NCBI GenBank assembly: GCA_964389655.1
Contig: CAYMED010000012.1
Span: forward strand, 661-64,660
Direction: 5' to 3'
From: an uncultured Candidatus Poseidoniales archaeon
Lineage (GTDB): Archaea > Thermoplasmatota > Poseidoniia > Poseidoniales > CAYMED01
Length of the DNA: 64,000 nt
Below the pieces are notes generated by a model that searched no databases, was not told where the DNA came from, and saw nothing but the letters and a program-made list of their open reading frames with translations. How positions within the stretch are numbered: the stretch's first letter is position 1; every line of letters begins with the position of its first letter. This document shows, in pieces, positions 37,392 to 47,443 of the stretch. Made by a program: the position numbers and the translations under genes.

Positions 37392-38142
37392 TTTCCCTAC
37401 TTCCCTCTCTACTAAATGCTTTCAAATTCAAGAAAGAGCGCGTTCGGAATTTAATTGGCCATTGAACTTAGACATTCAATCCGCTCAGAAATTAGCACAC
37501 ACTTTTCTTGATATATTTACGCTTGCAGAATTAAACGCCACATGGGAATTAATAGGACAGAAACTCTCTAAAGCCTCGACAATTACGATCATTGGGGCAG
37601 ATTCCTCAGTAGAAAAATGGATGGATGTGCTACCGGATTGGCTCAAACCACATAATCATCGAGCAACAATTCTCGTTGCAGACGGTTCTATCGGGGCGTT
37701 GCTTGCTCTTGAAGAGCCATATCAATCCCGTGCCCTCAAACGAACTTGTGCAATCCTATCAGATGGTGATGGATTTTCATTTTTCCATCCTATATTGAAA
37801 GACTTTGAGATTGCTTTAATTCTACACGCACATGGTAATAATGATCTTTCACCATCCTTATCTGATGCAAAAGCGGTTTTTGGTTCGAAAATTTGTTTCT
37901 CACACCAAGTACCAAATAAAATCACAGGAGGTAAAAATATTGGTGGACTGACCGATGGTGACCGTTGTGCTTGCTTGGCAGTATTATCTGGCAAATCAAA
38001 ATCAAATATCATATTTGAAGGATTTCACTTAACACGAGTGGGAAAATGGTCTGGGAAAACAGATCCTAGAATTAAAATAAAAAAACTTGATTACATGGGC
38101 AAGGTATTGAAAATACTTGGCTTCTCAGAAGAAATCATCTAA
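37381..38142 (+). CDS. MptE-like (DUF115, 6-hydroxymethylpterin diphosphokinase-like) protein
   Basis: ITIIGADSS..., ILVADGSIGALL, ILSDGDG and LILHAHGNND resemble the DLDG / HAHGDN motifs of archaeal MptE. The start is set at ATG 37381, while the track ORF begins at 37348. Confidence 0.45.
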   Translation: MEYNFPTSLSTKCFQIQERARSEFNWPLNLDIQSAQKLAHTFLDIFTLAELNATWELIGQKLSKASTITIIGADSSVEKWMDVLPDWLKPHNHRATILVADGSIGALLALEEPYQSRALKRTCAILSDGDGFSFFHPILKDFEIALILHAHGNNDLSPSLSDAKAVFGSKICFSHQVPNKITGGKNIGGLTDGDRCACLAVLSGKSKSNIIFEGFHLTRVGKWSGKTDPRIKIKKLDYMGKVLKILGFSEEII

Positions 38143-41100
38143 TGTGGTAATTGTAACTCGATCATCGCAGAAAAGTGAATCTACTGCTTCTACGAGTTGA
38201 TCGACCCGCTGTTTTGTATATGTTCGCACACCATAGGTTTGCATAACCCACCGCATTGTTTCGATGTATTTTCTAACCGCACCTTCACTGACAGTTAATG
38301 CGATAGGCCCACGGCACTGGGGATCGACAGCACCATCTCCACGAATTAAACCACTGCCAACGACTCGCTTTTGGATACAATGGCCAGCCAAAGGAACTCG
38401 TCGATAAGAATGTCCACACCGCGTACAACGCACTTTTTGCCGACTGAAGGCGACAAGGTTGCCACGCAAATCAGGGAGGAAGTGGTCTTCAACAACACTT
38501 GATGCAACCCCTTGTTCATCAACTCCTCGAAGTTTTGTACATAATCTCAATTGTGCATTGAGCTTGTCCCGCATTGTTTCAAGGGTTGTGTAAGCGGAGG
38601 CTCTGGGCCCTAAATCAATACAATCAGTTTCATGCGTGTATCCTAGCCCTTGTTCTGCCCCCGAGGTTCCCAACCTTGTCCCAATTAAGTCCATTTTATC
38701 TTGAATTTCTTTTGGATGTAATCTTTCCAATGTTGCTCGATAAAACCATGATGGATAATACCATGCAGCGTCAACATTGAGTGCTTCTTTGTCAATCTCA
38801 TCTGGGTCAATACGTGTGGTCAGAACAAGAGGTGCATCCATCAAACCACCCCTCCGACGGGGAAGTATTTGGCGACTAAAATTTAGTAACCCATCAACGA
38901 GTAACATCACACAATCTTCATCTCCATCACAATTTCTCCGTTTGGCCGCATGAAATAATGGGTGAGCAAATGCAGCACGAGCCTTTGTCCACCCTAGAAT
39001 TCTCCCAAGTACCCCTCCTGATGTATGCGGGGCTAATGCAACAACTAATTGTCCAATCAGGTCATCAGCATCCTTCACATTATAGAATGGCTTTTCATCG
39101 TAAAAGCGCACAAGTAACTCATCAACATATGCTGCTGTTTGAGTAAGATAAGGGATGGAATCTTGAGAGAGGATGATGTCCTGTGGCATGATCTCAAAAA
39201 TTTGATTTTCGTCTCGAAGAGGCGCTCCATCGATATCGAAGGTATATCCAAGGCTTCTGATTTTTTCAACAGATGTGTTGATTTCACGTACTCTGGCGTG
39301 TGTACAAGGCACATCAATCATGTCGTAACGGATTGTTCCATCCCTGAAGACGGACACTCCATTTTTAGCACGAAGAATTCCTTTTGCAAGTGGTTCGGGA
39401 GAACGAAGTTCTGACATCATGCCCTTGATGCATTTCACAATTTTAGGAAGGTTTGTTCCTTTCACATGATTCAGAGCATCAGTTACTATCGCATTCATAT
39501 CTAGGACCATTGGATTGGCGATTTTTGGCTTCATTTCACCAGAATACGGATTTCTCATCATCGCAGGATTTGTCCTTCCATTGCATTTATTTCCTGGTTC
39601 TGAAACATCAGGATGTGGACAAGTGATGAGGGGTGTTTCCCTCTCACAACGCGTGCAAATTCTGATGCACAATCCCCTAATGCTCGCCGTACCCGCAGCC
39701 ATTGCTGCGTTGAGCCTTCGCTGGTTTCCAGATGATTCACCAATCGGGAAAAGAGCGTGAATTGGTGGTTTCATTGCCCTTGGAGCTGCCTTTTCCGGCC
39801 TTCCCATTCTACTCCCTACTCGTATTGGTACAGCGTCTTCCCATCGTATCCGTCCTGATTTTCGAACAATTTCAAGTGTTCGCAATACTTCATCAACCTC
39901 GAGAAGGTATTCCAAGTGCTTAATCCGTTCATAGTCAAGCCCCGAATCATCTTTGACCGCATTTGCGGCTGCAAGTCCAATTCTCTCAGTCTCAGCGATC
40001 GTTTTTTCTTGCTGTCGCGCTTCAACTTCTGCCCGAATTCTCGCGACATTTCTTTTCTGAAGATAATCACTCTTCGCAATTTTTGCATTATTCACCTCAT
40101 TCTGAGCCTCTAATAGCAATTCGATCCTATCGTTTACGCGCTGGATTATTCGTTCCCCTCCCGTAATGCTTTGCCCAGATGCATCAAGGTCCAAACCTAA
40201 TGCGATTGCTCTCCATACTTCGCCGAATACGATGTGATTTCCTTCATGACGGTGTTCTATTCCAAGAGCTAATAACGCTGCTTTTACACTCCCGTGCTTT
40301 AGGCGCTCTTCCCCTTCTTCGTTTATTTCACCCCAAAGCCCATCTTCGCTTTCTTGGCCGACTTTTGTCGATGGCCGCCAACCAGCAGCTGCATCTAGGA
40401 GACAAAGATCACCATTATCCCTGAACTCAGAATTTTTCAGTGCTTTAATTAGGGGCTCTATCCATCCAATCGGAAGGTCTGACCACCAAGGAAGAAAAGG
40501 CGGGGGGAGGGAGGTGCCAAATGTGGCTGAAATTTCTAGGGCTTGAGAATATTCAAGTTCCAAATTTCTTAGGTAAATATGCCATTTCCTCACCCTTATC
40601 GCAGCATCTAATCCTCCCGATGTTACATCATTTCCAGGAACTCCTTGTGGAATTAGGTCGTCATGCCAATCAAGAATTTTCTTTAGTGCGGAAACATCTT
40701 TTTCATCCTTTAATCCCTCAAGAACTTCTATACCCCACCAGTGCCGATCATAACCACTTGGGACTAACTCCTTGTTATTTTCAAGAAATTCTCCATACCC
40801 CAACACCAGCTCGCCAGCATCCCAGACCTTCAACACGCGCTCTCGAATAGAATTCCATTCACTCAAATTCTTTGGCCTACAAGCAGTCCCGTCTCGAAGA
40901 AGGAGCAACGGCCCTTCGGCGTCAGTACAAGCAGTAACTGCACATGCTTTCCCAGGTCGCTCAATTTTCATTTGCGTCCCAACTGACAGAAAATCATCAA
41001 ATGCAGCCATGGTGATTGGATTAATCCCGGCAGCTGCCAAACCCCCTCCCCGCGCACGTCCATACCTTAGCCGAAGCGCACCTGCACGACTAGGATCGCC

Positions 41101-42120
41101 AAAAACCGGCCGACCTGCGATAATTTCTTTCATATAGTTACGAATCGGTTTTATCCGCAGGCGAGATTTGTCCCCGGTATCTTTCTCCTTAGCGCCCCGA
41201 TCTGCGAATGCGCGGATAAAATCCCACCCTTTTACATTCAATCGATCAGTATGTGCAAGGAGTTTTGGGGCCTTGAGGCACATTCCTTCACCTATGACCA
41301 ATAACACTCCACCGCGTATTCGATTATCATCTACATTTGGCAAATCTCTCTGTCCACTGACTTCAATCTCTTCAGTAGACTCTCCATTTATCATCACAGG
41401 ACAGGAAGATACAATGCTTTCAATTTCTTCAGGAGATGGGCGATATTGCAAATTTCCCCGGTACAGTCCAAATTCTTCCTTGACCCGCTCAATTTCTTGT
41501 CTACTTGGAACATAGGGGCTAATTCCCAAATTCGTCCGAATCATATCGGCAATTAGCACTGCCAGCGCTTGTGCTGTTCCGCCAGCAGCGCGAATTGGTC
41601 CTGCAAAATAGACGCTAAGAAAAGGCGATGCATCTGCATTACGCAAAATTCTAACTTCACAGACGCCTTCAAGGGGTGCCACAAGGACGGCTTCGGTGAG
41701 TACGGCAAGCCCAACTCGTAGGCCAACTTCGACAGCTTCGTGATCTTGTCGCCCCTCATCTCGAGCACGTTGTGCCACGTCTATTGCAATTTGGATTGAA
41801 GTAGTTTCACGGTCATGTTCCTTGAGCAATTTTCGGATATCATCGGAAACCTCGATACCCTTAAGATGCTCAGAAAGTAGTTTTTCAGTTCGTCCAGCTA
41901 AATCAGAAGCCCGGGGAATCTCGACACGAGGTTCTAGATCCAAACCCTTTGCACGTGCCCGCTCCGCAAGAAGATAAGCACGCTCACATTCAGAATCTAG
42001 ATTCGATCGATAGGAGGCAATGCGCGCATCTAAGTCATCTAAGTCGAGAGTTTCAAGGGGATTCGCCGACCGCACTTTTCCCCACCAATTTCTTGCCAAA
42101 AGTTCGTTGTCCATGAGCAT
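38125..42120 (-). CDS. polC: DNA polymerase II (PolD) large subunit DP2
   Basis: 1331 aa. It carries the hallmark VGSRMGRPEKAAPRAMKPPIHALFPIG and several Cys-rich Zn modules (CTRCERETPLITCPH; CTRCGHSYRRVPLAGHC). It is colinear over its full length and I saw no obvious intein-like insertion. Confidence 0.93.
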   Translation of the reverse strand: MLMDNELLARNWWGKVRSANPLETLDLDDLDARIASYRSNLDSECERAYLLAERARAKGLDLEPRVEIPRASDLAGRTEKLLSEHLKGIEVSDDIRKLLKEHDRETTSIQIAIDVAQRARDEGRQDHEAVEVGLRVGLAVLTEAVLVAPLEGVCEVRILRNADASPFLSVYFAGPIRAAGGTAQALAVLIADMIRTNLGISPYVPSRQEIERVKEEFGLYRGNLQYRPSPEEIESIVSSCPVMINGESTEEIEVSGQRDLPNVDDNRIRGGVLLVIGEGMCLKAPKLLAHTDRLNVKGWDFIRAFADRGAKEKDTGDKSRLRIKPIRNYMKEIIAGRPVFGDPSRAGALRLRYGRARGGGLAAAGINPITMAAFDDFLSVGTQMKIERPGKACAVTACTDAEGPLLLLRDGTACRPKNLSEWNSIRERVLKVWDAGELVLGYGEFLENNKELVPSGYDRHWWGIEVLEGLKDEKDVSALKKILDWHDDLIPQGVPGNDVTSGGLDAAIRVRKWHIYLRNLELEYSQALEISATFGTSLPPPFLPWWSDLPIGWIEPLIKALKNSEFRDNGDLCLLDAAAGWRPSTKVGQESEDGLWGEINEEGEERLKHGSVKAALLALGIEHRHEGNHIVFGEVWRAIALGLDLDASGQSITGGERIIQRVNDRIELLLEAQNEVNNAKIAKSDYLQKRNVARIRAEVEARQQEKTIAETERIGLAAANAVKDDSGLDYERIKHLEYLLEVDEVLRTLEIVRKSGRIRWEDAVPIRVGSRMGRPEKAAPRAMKPPIHALFPIGESSGNQRRLNAAMAAGTASIRGLCIRICTRCERETPLITCPHPDVSEPGNKCNGRTNPAMMRNPYSGEMKPKIANPMVLDMNAIVTDALNHVKGTNLPKIVKCIKGMMSELRSPEPLAKGILRAKNGVSVFRDGTIRYDMIDVPCTHARVREINTSVEKIRSLGYTFDIDGAPLRDENQIFEIMPQDIILSQDSIPYLTQTAAYVDELLVRFYDEKPFYNVKDADDLIGQLVVALAPHTSGGVLGRILGWTKARAAFAHPLFHAAKRRNCDGDEDCVMLLVDGLLNFSRQILPRRRGGLMDAPLVLTTRIDPDEIDKEALNVDAAWYYPSWFYRATLERLHPKEIQDKMDLIGTRLGTSGAEQGLGYTHETDCIDLGPRASAYTTLETMRDKLNAQLRLCTKLRGVDEQGVASSVVEDHFLPDLRGNLVAFSRQKVRCTRCGHSYRRVPLAGHCIQKRVVGSGLIRGDGAVDPQCRGPIALTVSEGAVRKYIETMRWVMQTYGVRTYTKQRVDQLVEAVDSLFCDDRVTITTLDDFF

Positions 42121-42184
42121 ACCGGCTGGACATAGATCGTGGCTAAGGGAGAAGCCCTATGATGACAAACCATTCGCAGGTAGC

Positions 42185-42769
42185 ATGGTCGGAATCAGTG
42201 CGACAGAGGCCAAGGCAAAAATAGCGTCTCTCAGCCTGCTTGAAGCTGATGAAGAAACCTTTGAATTAGCCTCGGGTCGCCGTAGTAAGTGGTTTTGTGA
42301 CCTTAAACCATCCATGATGGACCCCGAACTAAGTAGTTGGATTGGGATATCCCTTCTAGAAGTTTCCAAAGGCCTGAATGCGAATCTAGTTGGTGGATTA
42401 GAAATGGGTGCAGTTCCTCTTGCAGCTTTGGTCGTATCTAAAGCAGACCCTGCTGGGCCGAAAGGTTTCATGATTCGGAAAAAGCCGAAGGGGAGGGGGG
42501 GGAGAAAGACAGGAAATCCTACGGGAATTGAGGGGACTTCGATTCAAGGAAATGAGCGCGTATTAATTCTCGAAGATGTGACCACAACAGGTGATTCTTC
42601 CCTATTAGCTGCACAGAGAATGAGAAATGAGACTAGTTGTGATGTAATTGGAATTATTACTGTGGTCGACCGAGAGGAAGGCGGCCGCTCTAGAATTGAA
42701 AACAATGGTTTCCAATTTTTTTCATTGATGACTCTGAATGATCTCATTCACATCAATGAAGATGGCTGA
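42185..42769 (+). CDS. pyrE: Orotate phosphoribosyltransferase
   Basis: PRPP loop VLILEDVTTTGDS, LASGRRSKWFCDLK and a C-terminal VVDREEGG. The start is set at ATG 42185 because 42020-42120 of the track ORF overlaps the polC 5' end on the opposite strand (polC start codon at 42120). Confidence 0.85.
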   Translation: MVGISATEAKAKIASLSLLEADEETFELASGRRSKWFCDLKPSMMDPELSSWIGISLLEVSKGLNANLVGGLEMGAVPLAALVVSKADPAGPKGFMIRKKPKGRGGRKTGNPTGIEGTSIQGNERVLILEDVTTTGDSSLLAAQRMRNETSCDVIGIITVVDREEGGRSRIENNGFQFFSLMTLNDLIHINEDG

Positions 42770-43900
42770 GTGTCCAAAATGACCCATGATTCCATGCACA
42801 GGATCATAACGCCAGATGATGTATCCACCCAGCGTGCAAACCGACTCATGTCTCTCAAAATCCCAGCAGGGTACGTGGTAGATCCTGCGTGTGGTACAGG
42901 ATCCCCATTGGCAATTATTTCAACAAAGTTAGACAGGGAAGGAATTGGAATTGAAGTGAATAAAAAGCGTGCAATGGTGGCCCAAAAAGTTCATCAAAAA
43001 ACCCTCCTTATTGTTCATGGAAGTGCCGAAGATGAGGATTTAGCACGTGAATTAACTAAAGGGAAGTGTTCTGTGGCAGTATTCCTCCTTGACCCGGCTC
43101 GTCCCTTAGACGGTGCCCGATCATCCTTAACGGATTTAGAACCAAACCCAAAAACTGTTCTTGCAACTTGGCACAAATATTTCACCAATAACACAGCAAT
43201 TCTTCTCGACCTTCCTCCCCGGTTAGATTTTGATAGTCGCCAATCAATTGAAAGAATGGTTCGATCCTTTTTTCCAAATAATCCATTGACTTGGGAACGC
43301 CTATCCCAAGGTGGGGGGAGAATAGATCGTTTAGTGCTTCATGTGGGCTTATCGGCAGGTGAACCTGAACGAATTACAAGGTTGCTAACTGATGGCACTT
43401 GGGGTGATCATAGCGGCGCACGGGAATCGGAGCCCACAACTATTCATCCATCAATGGTCCAATTATGTGACACCATTTTGATTGTGGATGCTGTTGTGGG
43501 TGAAAGCGGGCTTTGGAAATCATGGGCTGATAATGTCAGCAGCGATGCATTATCTTGGCTCCGTACAGGGGGACGGAGACCTTTGGCACACCTCCCGAAA
43601 GGAAGAACCGTCAACCCCTATGACCCATTCATTATATCAGCTGGCGTTGTGATTGGAATTTTTGAAAACCCCTCAAATATCATGGATAATTTTCTAGAAA
43701 TATCTCAGTTGGTTTATGCTCATGGGCTATCAGGACCCACTCTTAAATTAGCAATATCCCCCAATGATCACCCCATTTTACAACGCAAACTCACTAATTT
43801 ATCATCTACTGGAAACCGACCCAGTGCCCTGATTCGATTTGGTACAAATGAATCGTCTCCGCTCGCGTTACTGCGCCTTGATATACAACATGGGGTTTGA
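42770..43900 (+). CDS. Class I SAM-dependent methyltransferase with extended C-terminal (THUMP-like?) domain
   Basis: Motif I VVDPACGTGSPLAII and motif IV-like FLLDPARP. The ~376-aa architecture resembles the DPARR-type methyltransferases as I recall them. GTG 42770 or ATG 42779 could be the start. Confidence 0.5.
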   Translation: MSKMTHDSMHRIITPDDVSTQRANRLMSLKIPAGYVVDPACGTGSPLAIISTKLDREGIGIEVNKKRAMVAQKVHQKTLLIVHGSAEDEDLARELTKGKCSVAVFLLDPARPLDGARSSLTDLEPNPKTVLATWHKYFTNNTAILLDLPPRLDFDSRQSIERMVRSFFPNNPLTWERLSQGGGRIDRLVLHVGLSAGEPERITRLLTDGTWGDHSGARESEPTTIHPSMVQLCDTILIVDAVVGESGLWKSWADNVSSDALSWLRTGGRRPLAHLPKGRTVNPYDPFIISAGVVIGIFENPSNIMDNFLEISQLVYAHGLSGPTLKLAISPNDHPILQRKLTNLSSTGNRPSALIRFGTNESSPLALLRLDIQHGV

Positions 43901-43922
43901 CGCTTGTTTGATATAGGGATGC

Positions 43923-44441
43923 ATGATCGCCTCGATCCCGAAAGGCAGGTATGGTGGCTCATCGATGGCAGGTGGAAGGCAGTCGAGCACCGATGAATTA
44001 GGTGACGACTTCCGATATCTTTTCCGAATTGCAAATTCCGATATCGATGGTCAGCGCCCAATTCGCCTTGGCCTAACCTCCATTCGAGGTGTAGGGCGTC
44101 GTGTTGCAGATTCCATCTGCATGCTTTCTGGCTTAGATGGAAGCCGACTTGGTGGTACATTGTCGGATGAAGAGATCGCACAACTTTCAGCCAGTCTTGA
44201 AAAATTTCCTGAAGTGGCCCCAATTTGGATGCTAAATCGGCAAAGAGACCTTGAAACAGGCGATGAACTCCATCTTTACGGGCAAGACTTGTCCATTATA
44301 CAGGATGAAGATATTTCTCGAGAACGTATGACAAAATCCTATGCTGGTGTCCGACATGCCGGCTACAAAAAAGTACGAGGACAGCGTACACGTAGCAATG
44401 GGCGCCGTGGATTGACCCTTGGTGTAAGCCGTAAGAAGTGA
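43923..44441 (+). CDS. rps13: 30S ribosomal protein uS13
   Basis: FRYLFRIANSDIDGQRPIRLGLTSIRGVGRRVADSI and a basic C-terminus RGQRTRSNGRRGLTLGVSRKK. It is the first gene of the conserved archaeal S13-S4-S11-RpoD cluster. Confidence 0.9.
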   Translation: MIASIPKGRYGGSSMAGGRQSSTDELGDDFRYLFRIANSDIDGQRPIRLGLTSIRGVGRRVADSICMLSGLDGSRLGGTLSDEEIAQLSASLEKFPEVAPIWMLNRQRDLETGDELHLYGQDLSIIQDEDISRERMTKSYAGVRHAGYKKVRGQRTRSNGRRGLTLGVSRKK

Positions 44442-44452
44442 GTTGGGTTTTG

Positions 44453-45136
44453 ATGGGTCACCCAAAATTTTCACGTAGTAGATTTGACACCCCCCAACAT
44501 CCTTGGAAAAAAGAGCGTATTGAGGAAGAGAATGAAGTTCGAGTCAAATTCTCTCTAAAGAATATGCGGGAAATTTGGAAGGCGAAATCCCGCCTTCGAC
44601 GACATCGACAACAGGCAATGAAACTCATTGGTCGTGTCGACTCTGAAGATGGGCACTTCAAACGAGAGCGAGAAGACTTACTGACTAGTTTACAAGTCAA
44701 AGGCCTGATTGCAGAGGATGCTACACTTGATGATGTGCTTAGAATGTCACTTGAGGATGTACTAAACAGGCGCTTACAATCTATTACGTATTACAAAGGT
44801 CTCGCCTCCTCCCAAAAACAAGCACGGCAGTTAGTATCCCATGGCCACATTTCAATTGATGGTCAAAAAATAACAGTGCCGGGATACAATGTATCCCGCC
44901 TCGAAGAAGATTTGATTGGATATTATTCCACCTCTGCACTAAATGACGAAAATCATAAGATCAGGCAAATGATTGAGCAAATTCGTGTCGAGGGTGAAAA
45001 TACTGAAGAAGAAGTGGGTGAATTACCCGAATTTACGGAAGAAGAAATCAAGGAGATCAAAAAAGCGGCAGAATCAGCGCCGTCTGCAGATGATGTTTCA
45101 GAAGAAACAGAAGACCCCTCACAGAAGGAGGCTTAA
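44453..45136 (+). CDS. rps4: 30S ribosomal protein uS4 with acidic C-terminal extension
   Basis: [24 protein letters not shown]-terminus and S4 RNA-binding domain [40 protein letters not shown]. The start is set at ATG 44453. The last ~45 residues are Glu/Asp-rich. Confidence 0.9.
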   Translation: MGHPKFSRSRFDTPQHPWKKERIEEENEVRVKFSLKNMREIWKAKSRLRRHRQQAMKLIGRVDSEDGHFKREREDLLTSLQVKGLIAEDATLDDVLRMSLEDVLNRRLQSITYYKGLASSQKQARQLVSHGHISIDGQKITVPGYNVSRLEEDLIGYYSTSALNDENHKIRQMIEQIRVEGENTEEEVGELPEFTEEEIKEIKKAAESAPSADDVSEETEDPSQKEA

Positions 45137-45138
45137 AC

Positions 45139-45522
45139 ATGAGTCACAAAGCCATTGTCCATATCTTCTCATCTTACAATAACGTGTTACTTACAGCCAC
45201 CGATTTAACCGGAGCAGAAACAATTGCCCGTGTTAGTGGTGGTATGGTTGTAAAATCATCAAAAGATGGTGGTGGACAATTTGCGGCTACCCGTGCAGCA
45301 GAACGTATTGCAGATGCGATTCGTGAAAAAGGATTTGAGACAATTATTGTGAAATATCGCGGCCCAGGGGGGAACCGTTCGGCTGCAACCGGGCCAGGCG
45401 CCCAAGCAGCAATCCGTGCCTTTACACGTGCAGGAATTTCCATCGCTCGAATAGAGGATGTAACTCCCATTCCACATGATGGAACCAAGAAGAAAGGCGG
45501 TCGTCGAGGGCGGCGCGTCTGA
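45139..45522 (+). CDS. rps11: 30S ribosomal protein uS11
   Basis: [31 protein letters not shown]...[31 protein letters not shown] and a basic tail. Confidence 0.93.
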   Translation: MSHKAIVHIFSSYNNVLLTATDLTGAETIARVSGGMVVKSSKDGGGQFAATRAAERIADAIREKGFETIIVKYRGPGGNRSAATGPGAQAAIRAFTRAGISIARIEDVTPIPHDGTKKKGGRRGRRV

Positions 45523-45534
45523 GGAGGCGAATAC

Positions 45535-46434
45535 ATGAACATCGAAGTCTTGCAAACAAATGGAACCAGGGGTTCTTTTCTCATTTCAGATACAGGTCGA
45601 GCTACATTGAATGCCCTTCGGCGAACAATGATCTCAGACGTTCCAAAAATGTCAATTGTGCGCGTGATGTTCACGCAGGGTACACATCAAGACAACTCAA
45701 CCGGTGAGATTGTAGAATCAATTAACGTGCTTCCGGATGAAGTAATTGCTCATAGAATGGCAATGCTTCCAATTCCCACACGCCATGATGAGTTTCATTT
45801 TCAGGATAAGTGCCCCAATTGTCAAGATCTAGTGATTGAAGACCGTGGCTGTCCCTTGTGTCAAATTTTGTATTCTGTTTCTGCAACAGGGACTGAAGAT
45901 GGCAAAACGATAACTGCTGGAGACCTGAACGTCCTTGGTGATGATACCCTACAAATTCCAGACGGCTTTCAGACAATTCCAATAACCAAGTTATATGCGG
46001 GCCAATATCTAGAGGCTTATGCTTATGCAATGCTTGGGAGAGGGCGGGATCACGCGAAATGGACTCCCGTATCTGGAGTATCTTTCACTCCGAGAAAAAC
46101 TGCGGTGATCAAAAATAAAGGCCGAGCAGAGCAACATTTCTTCAGTCTCGACCTTGGATTTAGTATTGACGAATTCAAAAAGAACCGCTTGGACGACCCT
46201 CTTCGAGTGATTGAACTATCCAAAGCCCTAAATCATGTTGGAAAGGGTTCAGGCCGTGAGGAAAAATTTGATGGGGCAATCGTCCTTGAAGAAGAGCCAA
46301 ATCAATTTGTGCTTAATTTTGAGACCGATGGCTCAATGACCCCTGAAATTGCTCTTCGTGAAGCTGCAAAAGAACTTGAGATGAAGTTTAATCAAATAAC
46401 TACTGATCTTGCAGATTCGTTTTCATCTCGATAA
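45535..46434 (+). CDS. rpo3: DNA-directed RNA polymerase subunit Rpo3 (RpoD)
   Basis: The N-terminal dimerisation-domain motif LNALRRTMISDVPKMSI, a Cys cluster CPNCQ...CPLCQ and the conserved position after uS11. Confidence 0.88.
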   Translation: MNIEVLQTNGTRGSFLISDTGRATLNALRRTMISDVPKMSIVRVMFTQGTHQDNSTGEIVESINVLPDEVIAHRMAMLPIPTRHDEFHFQDKCPNCQDLVIEDRGCPLCQILYSVSATGTEDGKTITAGDLNVLGDDTLQIPDGFQTIPITKLYAGQYLEAYAYAMLGRGRDHAKWTPVSGVSFTPRKTAVIKNKGRAEQHFFSLDLGFSIDEFKKNRLDDPLRVIELSKALNHVGKGSGREEKFDGAIVLEEEPNQFVLNFETDGSMTPEIALREAAKELEMKFNQITTDLADSFSSR

Positions 46435-47434
46435 GTGGAAATTCACATACGTGGGTATATACCATATTCATCCCCCCATACTCTTCCATGATTTCATGAA
46501 AATAATGCTTGTAATCGCCTTCAAGTTTGGTTGGAACGATCGCACACGCGGCACCAAGAAAGCATGGCAGAGCCGTGAGGGGCCGATCTGAAATAAGCCG
46601 GTTAGCCATAGAAAGAACATCAAGTAAACCCTCCATTTCCAAAATATTTACCCCCTTAGCAAATGAATGGCTTAATTCGATTATTTCAGGCCACCGAGAG
46701 ACGTTCCATGGCTTTTCCAGCAATGGTTCAAGTATCCGATCCCCCACTTCAGTTATCCGCTTTTTTCTTTCAAGATGATTAATCCAATTGCCTGTTGATT
46801 GTGCGCATTCACCCCACAACAACAGCACAGGAATCTCCGAAAACCAACCCTCAGATTCACCAGGGCCAGCTTTTGAAACAATCACCCCATCATCATTTTT
46901 ACATATGTGTGTGGGGCTCCCCGCAGCAGTTCTAAGTTCGACCCCCCCAGCAAAAATCCCAGTTATATCTCCCAACCCCCCTGAATTTATTCTCTCAACA
47001 AGATGAGCAACCTCATAGGAACACGCGAGAAGATCTTCTTTTCTCTGACCTTTTTTATCACATAACAAATCAATAACTGCAGCACTAGTCGCTAGAGCGG
47101 TGGATGCTGAGACTGCAAAACCACGCCCTGGGGGCAACTCTTGCTTAACATGAAATAAAAATCCTTTTCTACCCAAAAACCAGCCCATCTTAGATAAAAC
47201 ATCTAATGTAGTATATACTGTTTTTTTTGCATCCTCATTTGTGATTAAATTTCCATTATGGTCTTCAATTGACAAACTCAAACCCTCACAATCTAGTGTG
47301 CGCTTTACACTTACTTCTACTCCAGATTTGATAGATAGCCCAAAGCCCCTACTTCCCTGTTTGATCATCTCAGAGGATCCATCATCAATCGAGAAGGCAA
47401 ATGTGAGATGTCCACCACATCTCCAGATAACCAT
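46400..47434 (-). CDS. GHMP-family kinase, most like archaeal pantoate kinase
   Basis: The N-terminus GGHLTFAFSIDD....GSRGFGLSIKSGVEV resembles the pantoate kinase signature (hiTaFF...GS.GAG..L..G). GHMP motif PPGRGFAVSASTALATSAAV is present. Its 3' end overlaps the rpo3 3' end by 35 nt (convergent). Confidence 0.55.
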   Translation of the reverse strand: MVIWRCGGHLTFAFSIDDGSSEMIKQGSRGFGLSIKSGVEVSVKRTLDCEGLSLSIEDHNGNLITNEDAKKTVYTTLDVLSKMGWFLGRKGFLFHVKQELPPGRGFAVSASTALATSAAVIDLLCDKKGQRKEDLLACSYEVAHLVERINSGGLGDITGIFAGGVELRTAAGSPTHICKNDDGVIVSKAGPGESEGWFSEIPVLLLWGECAQSTGNWINHLERKKRITEVGDRILEPLLEKPWNVSRWPEIIELSHSFAKGVNILEMEGLLDVLSMANRLISDRPLTALPCFLGAACAIVPTKLEGDYKHYFHEIMEEYGGMNMVYTHVCEFPLIEMKTNLQDQ

Positions 47435-47443
47435 TTGCTCCCC

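Noticed and set aside
38125-42120. Possible intein in the PolD DP2 gene, given its 1331-aa length.
   Set aside because: I saw no insertion with intein-like terminal blocks or a homing-endonuclease (LAGLIDADG) segment interrupting the conserved regions. The length is within the range of intein-free DP2. This was not verified by alignment.
42020-42184. Upstream extension of the pyrE ORF overlapping the polC 5' end.
   Set aside because: The translation of this stretch has no PyrE similarity, and its first ~100 nt (42020-42120) overlaps the polC start region on the opposite strand. ATG 42185 gives a normal-length PyrE.
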